A stretch of 64,000 bases of DNA, from contig JAGIQG010000025.1 of NCBI GenBank assembly GCA_024679065.1, positions 22,258,001 through 22,322,000 on the forward strand, written 5' to 3'. The stretch is from Sphyrna mokarran (Eukaryota). The notes below the pieces were generated by a model, which was not told the DNA's origin, ran no database searches, and saw only the letters and a list, made by a program, of their open reading frames with translations. Below, piece after piece: positions 54,651 through 64,000 of the stretch. Position 1 is the first letter of the stretch; every line of letters starts with the position of its first letter. Position numbers and translations under genes: made by a program.

Positions 54651-55295
54651 CATTCAATGGCATTACCATTGCTGAATCCCCTCCTATCAACATCCTGGGG
54701 GCTCCATTGATCAGATACTGAACTGGATAAGGCATATAATGCGGTTACAAGAACAGGTCAGAGGCTGGGAATTCTGCAGATAGGAAATCCTGTCCTGACT
54801 CCTCAAAGCCTTCCACCACTTACAAGATATAGGTCAGGAGTGTGATAGAATACTTGTCTGATGAGCACAGCTACAGTAACACTCAAGAAGCTTGACACCA
54901 TCCAGGACAAAGCAACTTGCTTGAGTGGCATCCTATCCACTTTTTTCATTACCGATGCACAGTGACAGCAGTATGTTCCATCTATAAGCTGCACTGCAGC
55001 AACTCCCTAAGGAGCATGTTTCAAACACATGACTGTAGGACAAGGGTAGCATGGGAACACCACCTCCTGCAAATTCCCCTTCAAGTCGCACTCCATCCTG
55101 ACTTGGAACAATTTCACCATTCCTTCACTGTCACTGGGTGGCAGTCCTGGAATTCCCTCCCTAAACAGCACTGTGGGTGCACCTACACCACTAAGACTGT
55201 AGTGCTTCAAGAAAGCAACTATCCATTACCTTCTCAAGGGCAATCAGAATGGGCAATAAATACTGACCTACCCAACAATGTCCACGTCATGTGAA
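54650..55295 (+). mobile_element. CR1/L2-group LINE 3' fragment
   Basis: Same family as 33390-34180 (ccatccaggacaaagca, ggaattccctccctaa, gggcaataaat tail). Confidence 0.78.
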
Positions 55296-55469
55296 AAAAT
55301 GGTCTCTATACAGGCTGCACGATTAATTTCCTTTTTATTATCTGAAAGAGTTTCTGTCATCAGTTATTTTTGCTTTTTGCAAAAGAGATCAACATTAATG
55401 AACAACTGAATACTAATTGTACTACTGAATACTGTAGTTCCAATTGAAGGTATGGAGAAGTGAAAAGAC

Positions 55470-56585
55470 AGTAAGAAGTCTCACAACACCAGGTTAAAGT
55501 CCAACAAGTTTATTTGATAGTAAACGCCACAAGCTTTCAGAACACTGTTCCTTCGTCAGCTGAGTGGAGAGTTCTGATCAGAAACAGAGCATATAAAGGC
55601 ATACACAGTTTACAGGGTATTGATTAGAATGTAAGCCTTTACAGCTTATCTGCTATTCAAGTCTTATAAGTGCAGACAATGTGAGTGGAGATAGCATTAA
55701 GCATAGATTAAAGGGATGTGTATTGTCTCCAGATAGGACAGTAAGTGAGATGTTGCAAGTTCAGGCAAGTCATGGGGGTTACAGATAGTATGACATGAAC
55801 CCAAGATCCCAGTTGAGGCCATCTTTGTGTGCGAAACTTGACTATCAGTCTCTGCTCAACAACTCTGCACTGTCATATGTCATGAAGGCCACCTTGGAGA
55901 ATGTTTACCTGAAGATCAGAGGCCTAATGCCTGTGACCACTGATGTGATTGCCAACAGGAAGGGAACAGTCTTGCCTGGTAATTGTCAAGCGGTGTTCAT
56001 TTATCTGCTCATTATTCAAATGGATAATCTCATTCGAACACCGCCCGACAATCATCAGGCAAAACTGTTCCCTTCCTGTTGATGAACACTTCAGCAGTCA
56101 CGGGCATTCAGCCTCTGATCTTCGGTAAACGTCCTCCAAGACGGTCTTCACGACATACAAACTGCAGAGTTGTTGAGCAGAGACTGATAGCCAAGTTCTG
56201 CACAGGAAGACGGCCTCAACCGGGATCTTGAGTTCATGTCACACTATCTGTAACCCCCATGATTTGTCTGAACTTGCGACATCTCACTTACTGTCCTGTC
56301 TGGAGACAATACACATCTCTTTAACCTATGCTTAATGCTATCTTCACTCGCATTGTCTGCACCTTTAATAGCAGATTAGCTGTAAAGACCCGCATTCTAA
56401 TCAGAATTCTGTAAACTGTGTATGCCTTTAAATGCCCTGTTTCTGATCAGAAATTTCCACTCCCTGGACAAAGGGACACATTCTGAAAGCTTGTGGTGTT
56501 TACTATCAAATAAACCTGTTGGACTTTAATCTGGTGTTGTGAGACTTACTGTGTTCACCCCAGTACAATGCTGTCATCTCCACAT
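55470..56585. mobile_element. PLE family A palindromic insertion (two inverted GIY-YIG 3' ends + pLTRs)
   Basis: 55470-~56000 is the reverse complement of ~56035-56550; peptide SLPVDEHFSSHGHSASDL..VEQRLIAKF..DGLNRDLEFMSHYL*; exact TSD gaagtgaaaagac at 55457-55469 and 56586-56598. Confidence 0.9.
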
Positions 56586-56759
56586 GAAGTGAAAAGACCC
56601 AGTTATAAGTTGTTTTATATATGTTTGTTTCTCCATATTGTGGTACTGCATTTTAGGACAGGGAATTTCAGTTCTCAGACAAGGTCTCCTATGGAGATGC
56701 CAAGCCAAGAGGAGGTTCTTCTCCTGAACATTAGATTTTAGAGCAACTTAACTCTTTAT

Positions 56760-56895
56760 AATAAAAGCAAAATACTACAAATGCTGAAAGTTTGAAATAA
56801 AACCAGAAGTATTGGAAAAAGTCAGCAGATTTGGCAGCATCTAAAGAAAGAGAGACAGAATTTAGCATTCTGAATCTGTATGATTTCTTCAGAGG
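56760..56895 (-). mobile_element. PLE family B pLTR remnant
   Basis: ataaaagcaaaatactacaaatgctg...cagcagatttggcagcatct. Confidence 0.6.
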
Positions 56896-57069
56896 TAGTT
56901 TTTTTTTCTTTTATTCATCCTTAACGTTGGAAACAATTTAGGCAGATATCCAGTTAACAGTTTCTCTCTCTCAATCTTGGCACCTGTATGTAAGATAAAA
57001 TTGGCAGGGGGCAGAATTTGAATATAGAAGCACAAACAGTTTGTGGTGACATGTTAACACCATTAAAAT

Positions 57070-57598
57070 GTCATAGAGATTTACAGCCCTTAGGCCCAAC
57101 TTGTCCACGCCGCCCTTTTGAAAACCCCTCAGCTAATCCTAATTCCCTGCATTTGGCCCATATCCCTCTATATCCATGTACCCATGTAATTATCTAAATG
57201 CTTTCTAAAAGACAAAATTGTACCTGCCTCTACTACTACCTCTTCTTTCAAACACTCAGTGCCCTGTGTGTGAAATAATTTCCCCTCTGGACACTTCTGT
57301 ATCTCTCCCCTCTCACCTTAAACCTATTCCCTCTAGTTTTATACTGTCTTACCTTGGGAAAAGTTATTGATTATCTGGCTGATTTATGCCCCTCATTATT
57401 TTATAGACCTCTATAAAGTTACCCATCAGCCTCCTACGCTTCAGAGAAAAAACTCCCAGTCTATCCAGCTTCTCCTTATATCTGAATCCATCAAGTCCCG
57501 GTAGCATCCCTAAATCTTTTCTGCCTTTTAATAATATATTTTCTATAATAGGATGACCAGAATTGCACACTGTATTCCAAGTGTGGCCTTACCAATGT
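57070..57598 (-). mobile_element. CR1 LINE 3' fragment
   Basis: Peptide MLPGLDGFRYKEKLDRLGVFSLKRRRLMGNFIEVYKIMRG. Confidence 0.9.
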
Positions 57599-59889
57599 TA
57601 TTTTCAAAGTCAAGTCAACTCGTTTTCACAGCCAACTTTTATGTTTTGATCTATTGTTCCTACTCAGTTTTCTCAATTAATTTTGGAAGAAATAAATTTA
57701 ATTTTTCAGATGATCTTTAACCCAGGTTTATAAGGGCAGGAATTTTATTTTTTTCATATTGGCAGTTTCTACTATATCTGTCAATCACGGATGAGAGAAA
57801 TTGGTAATATTTACCAATCTGTTTGCACAGCTAGAATTTTGTTAATCTAACTACAACTGGCATTAGGAAGTGAAACAATCAGGGCAAAGTGTGAAGAGAC
57901 AGCAGGGAGTAAATGAGGTTTTAATTTAAAAATTAATGACGTGTTTTATTGCCCTTTTAAATTGCTAGGTTCCTTTCCTGTCGACGAATTAAATGCATGA
58001 CTACACTTCATCGTGCAGAACAGTGCTGGGTTCCACAATCGCTGCTTCAGAGCTGAAGTAAACAATGATCAGTCCTTACTCATAAATCACCCAGCATCAA
58101 ACATTACCCTTACTGTCAGGAACCTTTAGTATCAGACACCTTTCTGTTAATACACGAGCAAATAAGCACTGACTGTAACACAAATACTCCTAATAGACAC
58201 TAGAGAAATATTACACATACATAGCTTGTCAGATTGCTATTTTATCCTGCAAATTTAAAAAGATACTTCAAGCTGAACAATGCATGCTTAGCATGCCACT
58301 GTTTGTACTTCAGTTTGTCGCAAATGCTTGGTTTAAACTAACACACAAAATGTTCTCACTGTAGTTAAGGACAAGAAATCTGTAATACTTCTATTAAAGT
58401 TACACATGTATGGAATAAAGCACCAATCAGAGCAATGAAAGCACCATTTTGATCTATTCAAACACTCAAATCTATTCAGCTCATGAGGGCGAATATTCCT
58501 AGCAGTTCCATTCTCGCATCTTTATTTGATCAAGTAATTCAATCAGTTCTCAGAGTGCAGATTCAGCTATTCTGAAACAGGAAGCATACCACTTGACTCT
58601 AGTCCTGCATGAGTTTAAAAATATGCTTTAATTAAAAAACAAAAAGTTTTCAGGGTTAATTATAACACTCAAATCTTCTGCCCTGTAAAGAACTCCCTAT
58701 ACACTGGGTATAGACTGACCAGAACAGAGAGTCTTACTTACACATCTCATGCCAAGTACAATGAAGAAAAACATCCATTGCTGCCTCCTTTATCTTTTAT
58801 AGAGGTTGCCTATCCATTCAGTAACTGCAGAGTCTTAGTAAACACAGATTCCTGTCCTTTGGAAACACTCCAGATATACCTACAAGCAATTCCAATATCT
58901 CAGGTAGGAGAACATGATAAGCTTATAAACCCAACACTATTATTCAATGTTTTAGAACTCGTCAAAACATTATCGTGTCACTTTATGTTCTGACTTGAAT
59001 GATGAACGTACCTAATTGGTTCTGACAAACCTCATGATTAACAAGGGCCAAACTCTGTGCTCTCATTCTGTTCCTCCTTTGTTTACAGCAAGCTTCCTAT
59101 TGCTTCGGAGCTCACCACCTGCTCCAGCTTAACCATCTGAACCCCAAATTTCTACCAGGCTCTAACCATCCACTCAGAGTCTGTTCCAGGCTCTAACTGC
59201 CTTCTCTGTCTCAATACTCAGTTCCTTTCTCAGCCTAAAAAACTACCTAAAATAATGACTGCCATTGGAACATTCTGGACACAAGGTTACATGGAAGGAA
59301 AATGAAGACAGAAGAACTCATCCTAATTGTTTTTTTAATAATGCAAAATCTAAAAATAGATTGCTTAAAACTGCATAGAAAAAATTGGCTCCAGCCACAG
59401 TAACGCTAAGTGATAAAACAGCCTGCTGCATCCAACTCTTCCCATCTTGAATTTTACTTTACTTAGTGATTCGATCTCCCATTGATTGATAGATTGAGTT
59501 AAATTTACTCATTCCCTGGGCCAGAAATATCCTCGACTCCTTTCCAGTCCCAGACTCTGTCCCTTGTTCTCTCGAGTGGTTAGGATTTGGCGTGCACTAC
59601 TTGATAGGCTGGTGGATGCATATTCAGTAGTAGCCTTTCAAAATAAATATTTGAAGGAAAAAAAATTGCAGGATCATGTAGTTGGGGACTAACATGATTA
59701 TTCTTTGAATGAGCCGGCACAGACTCAATTGGCCAACTTCCCGCCTCCTGTGCTTTACACTTCCATTTAACAGGGCACCAAAGATCAAGTGGGTGAGAAG
59801 ATAGATACAATTTTAACAGTAAGAGTTGAGAAGTACAGTGAGAGTAATTGCCTTTGACATGAGGCTGCATTTTACTGAGTGTGACATTA

Positions 59890-60400
59890 AGAAGATCTGG
59901 CAAAATTGAATTCAGTGGGAATCAGGGCAAAAATCTCCATTGGTTGGAGTTATACATAGCGCAAAGAAAGATGGTTGCACATGTCGGAGGTCAATCATTT
60001 CAGTCCCAGGACTTTCCTACAGGAGTTTCTCAGGATCATTTCCAAGCACACAAACATACCAAATTGGAGCAGGTATACACCATTCGGTCCATCGAACCTC
60101 CTCTGTCATTCAATAAGATCGTGTTTGACCTGTTTGTGTTTTGAATTCCACATTCCCATCTACCCCCTTCATACATCTTCAATTGTTTCATCAATGACCT
60201 TCCCTCCATGATAAGACTTAGGGGTGTTTGATAATGATTGGACAGCATCCAGTACCTTTTCCCATGTACTGAAGCAGTCGATACCCTCTTACATCAAGAC
60301 CTGGACAGCACGAAGCTTCTGCTGATAAGTGGTAAGCAACGTTTGTGCCGTACAAGAACCATGCGATAACCAACTCCAACAGATGAAGAATGCTGTGACT
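59890..60400 (+). mobile_element. CR1/L2-group RT fragment interrupted by an antisense CR1 3' end (~60045-60170)
   Basis: tggttggagttatacatagcgcaaagaaagatggttg, ttcatcaatgaccttccc (FINDLP), caagacctggac. Confidence 0.65.
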
Positions 60401-61448
60401 CAGTTTTTCATCCACAGAAAAGCTGTTTAAATAGTAGTCTGGTTCCTGGCCCACTACAAAGTTCGCATTTCTCCTGGCTTAAAGAGTTGAAAATCCTATC
60501 CTACGTTTCAGAAACAAGATCACATAAGAATAATAAGAGTGCTAGGAGGGAAAACATGTACTATCATAATATCGCCATTCGGACTTGCAAAAACAAAAGT
60601 TCATAGTAAATCTTCTATATCCAGCATACGTTATAATGATTGTTTAGATTATGGCCTGATGTATAAGCTAACCATCACACATCAATTATATTTTCCAGCT
60701 ACTGTACAGTAAACCACTGCTATGTTTATTAGAAATACATGCTATTTATTTAAGACTGCTCAGTTTTTAATCTTTTTAAATGAAGATGTCTTTTCTAACC
60801 TTTTTCAATGTTTTCCATTGGTTTTAAAATTTCTGTGTTGATTTTGAGAAAGTATTTATGGGTTTAACATATTTTTGAAGCAGGAGTGACTAGAACTTTT
60901 GGAAATGAATGAACAAAAGTATAATACATTGTACATTAGCAACCTTCCATGATACAACATTCATTAAAAGATAGATGGTGACTATCAGCGTTTGTCTCAC
61001 TGTTGGCGTAATATGGACAAATTACCCTGCCAGGCACATACGCTGGTCATGTCTTGTACTTATTAGAGTAGCTTAACTAGTGGAATGAGTTGCTGAGTGT
61101 TACAAATAAGAGGAGTTCTTCTTCTGTAAGGATAAGAGCAAATCAATGATCAAAATGCTTTAATGAGCAGTTACATCAAGTTATTGCTGTTAACTATTAA
61201 GGGAAATAACACTGCTCCTGTATAATTGTTCTATTCAGTACTTGTAATTTCTTTATATACATGTTTATGATTTTGCCACAGATGCTAAATACAGGAAATG
61301 TCTCTCCCTCCTTAGAAGAATAATCAAATGCCCTTTCCATCTGAAATGTGTAAACCTTAATCACTTTTCTCTCAACCTACTCCAACTGTTGATCCAAGAT
61401 AGTATTCACATGAAGAATAATCAACACATGGAATAGATTTCCAGATGA

Positions 61449-61633
61449 GGCAAAATACCGAGGTTTTGGAATCTGAAACAAAAATAGAAAATGTTGGAGA
61501 AACTCAGCAGGTCCGACTGCATTTGCGGAGAGAGAATAGAGCCAACATTTCAAGGCATGATGGCTGAAGATCATCCTGACTCTAAATGCTGGCTCTATCC
61601 TCTCTCCACAGATGCTGTCAGACATGCTGAGTT
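61449..61633. mobile_element. PLE family B inverted pLTR pair (hairpin; second arm continues to ~61655)
   Basis: gaaaatgttggagaaactcagcagg...gagagaatagagcc is inverted against ggctctatcctctctcc...tgctgagtttctccagcattttc. Confidence 0.8.
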
Positions 61634-61913
61634 TCTCCAGCATTTTCAGTTTTTGAATGGGATTCCAGGTTCAGTTGTGGTGATAGAAACTTTGACATCT
61701 AGTTGAAAGAAGATTAGTGAAGTGTTAGTGAATGATTGTAGGGCATTTCTGTATTGTTAATCTGAGATGCTTAATGTTCATCATTTACTCTAATGTGGAC
61801 CAGTAACTCCTGACAACATAGGCAAATGCCTCGAGATCACCTGATAACCTTCTTTGAAAGGTAGTTGTGTGTTTAGGCATCCTGAAGTATGGAGGGAAGG
61901 GTAAAGATAAAAA

Positions 61914-62048
61914 TGATGTAAAGATGCCGGCGTTGGACTGGGGTCGTAAGAACTCAGTAAGAATTTAGCAACACCAATTTTAAATCCAACCAATTTTACT
62001 ATCAAATAAATCGGTTGGATTTAAAATTGGTGTTGCTAAATTCTTACT
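61914..62048. mobile_element. PLE family A-related hairpin insertion
   Basis: Perfect 36-bp arms at 61956-61991 and 62013-62048; exact TSD taaagataaaaa at 61902-61913 and 62048-62059. Confidence 0.88.
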
Positions 62049-62399
62049 AAAGATAAAAAGACAGCTCTTTTTCCGTCAAACCATTTTTAAGTTTGAAAAC
62101 AATCCATTAATAAACTATTCATTATTAATCTATTCACTTACTTTTCCACTTCATACAACCAGACTAAAGTACTTTATGCACAAAGCATGAAATAGCTTGG
62201 TTATACTTTTCATGTCAATGGCTGGCTAGAAACAATGCCCTGTTGCACTCTTTAGCAAATCAAAGTGACAAAATAAAACATTTTTGTCAAAAATTTGTCA
62301 TGATTACGGGTTTTAAACATTGAAGTACATAGGGGGAGCCAAGTTAGTGGGCAAAGTGATATTATCACAGAATGAGTAATCTTGAGTCCCTTCATCCGG

Positions 62400-62484
62400 T
62401 GACTGATGAAGGAGCAGCACTCTGAAAGCTCGTGATACCAAATAAACCTGTTGGACTTTAACCTGATTTGTAAGATTTCTTACT
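62400..62484 (+). mobile_element. PLE family A pLTR fragment with hammerhead-like core
   Basis: ctgatga-a-ggagcagcactct-gaaa-gctc...caaataaacctgttggactttaacc...ttcttact. Confidence 0.8.
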
Positions 62485-62694
62485 AAGCTTCTGTGTGTTA
62501 GTGAATGAGTATATGAATGAATATGAAAGTGACTGGGTATATGAATGGGTGATTGTGTAAGTGGATCGGATGGGAGGAGATTGTTATATATTTAACTGGT
62601 TGCATGATTGTTTTAAGAGCTGAATACATGATTTGATAGTGGGTATTTCACAGGCTGCTGTTTCAGTTTGTATTCTATACAAGCAATAGCTAAC

Positions 62695-63010
62695 AACAAA
62701 GAACAAAACAGCACGGGAAACAGGCCTTTCGGACCAACGAGCCCGCGCTGCCACTTGGATGTTCCCACTTCTACCTGTGATCCCTGTCCATGTTTATAGA
62801 TCTATGCATTGAAACCAAATTTGAGACATTTTAGGGAGAATTTCTTCTGCCAATCAGCCTAAGAGCACATCTTTGGGATGTGGGAGGAAACCGGAGCACC
62901 CGGAGAAAACCCACACAAGCACGAGGAGAATGCGCAAACTCCCACAGATACAGGCCCAAATCCATGTATCTGCACAGCACAGCGATAGTCATTGAGCTGT
63001 CGTGTTGCCC
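62695..63010 (-). mobile_element. V-SINE, young copy
   Basis: gtgggaggaaaccggagcacccggagaaaacccac V-core with CpGs retained. Confidence 0.85.
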
Positions 63011-63169
63011 ATCAAATGGTCCAAGTCAAGCGTACACTAACGACGTGAAGCACTAGGATACTCTTGAAAAATCCAAGAACAGCCCTCTCACGACCCATTG
63101 CATGTATGCCCCTTTTAGACAACAAGGCAGATCGAAGTACCTATAGGATAAAACAAATACATCAATATC

Positions 63170-64000
63170 ATCGACAATTTATACACTTCCCAGGGAACTC
63201 CCAAGGCTCATGATGCCTATTTTGAATCAGTTTTCTATATCCCTCCATTCTCATTCTGTTTATGTGCCGATCTAAGTATCTCTTAAATAACTCCAGAGTG
63301 CCTGCCTCCACTACTTGGCAGCGCATTCCATACCCCCACCACCCTCTGTGTGAAAAAACTCCCCCTAGCATCCAAATTATACCTTACCCCCCTCACCCTA
63401 AGCCCGTGACCCCTTGTGCTATTTGAGTCCATCCTAGGAAAAAGCTTAACCCTGTTTACTCTATCTATACCCCTCATAGTCTTGTACACCTCTATTAGAT
63501 CTCCTGTAAGTCTACGTCTTTCTAAGGAAAACAGCCCCAATTTGCCTAACCTCTCCTCGTAACTCAGACCTTCCATATCAGGCAGCATCCTGGTAAACTC
63601 CTCTGCACTCTCTCCAGAGTCTCCATGTCCTTCTGGTAGTAAAGCGACCAGAACTGGATGCAGTATTCCAAATGAGGTCTAACCAATGTTTTATACAACT
63701 GCAACATTAAAGGCCAGCTTTTGTACTCTATACCCCTTCCTCTAAAGGCTAGCATACCATATGCTTTCTTCACAACCTTCTCCACCTGCTCTGCCACCTT
63801 CAGAGACTTGTGCACCTGCACCCTCAGGTCCCTCTGCATTTCTATACTCTTAATAGATCTACTCTTTATCATATACCTCCCCCCTACATTCTTTCTCCCG
63901 AAATGCATCACCTCGCATTTATCAGGATTGAATTCCATCTGCCATCTGTCTGCCCAAGCTACCAGCCTATCTATGTCCTGCTGCATCGCCTGACAATGCT
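63170..64000 (-). mobile_element. Young CR1 LINE 3' part (runs off window end)
   Basis: QQDIDRLVAWADRWQMEFNPDKCEVMHFG, LYKTLVRPHLEYCIQFW, LSYEERLGKLGLFSLERRRLTGDLIEVYK. Confidence 0.95.

Overview
Vertebrate, CpG-depleted, repeat-rich non-coding DNA, most likely from a cartilaginous fish (shark/ray). This assignment rests on V-SINE/HE1-like SINEs, Deu-domain SINEs, abundant CR1/L2 LINEs and Penelope-like elements (PLEs). I found no intact host coding exon; the ORF track is almost all TE debris or chance ORFs. Mobile elements present: many CR1/L2 fragments, a Tx1-like LINE with two nested CR1 insertions, a decayed Gypsy pol fragment, PIF/Harbinger-derived elements (two with Myb/SANT remnants plus about 7 MITE-like copies), and three distinct PLE families. 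Most notable: (i) PLE insertions forming hairpins or palindromes with 12-16 bp target-site duplications, all sharing one fixed internal junction about 40 nt from the element end; (ii) minimal hammerhead-ribozyme-like cores in all three PLE families; (iii) a decayed, intronless array of about 5 calcium-binding EGF repeats abutting the Gypsy fragment; (iv) several unique, CpG-retaining blocks that look like conserved non-coding elements of a gene desert or large intron. Family names come from motif recognition by eye, not database searches, and boundaries of decayed elements are approximate.
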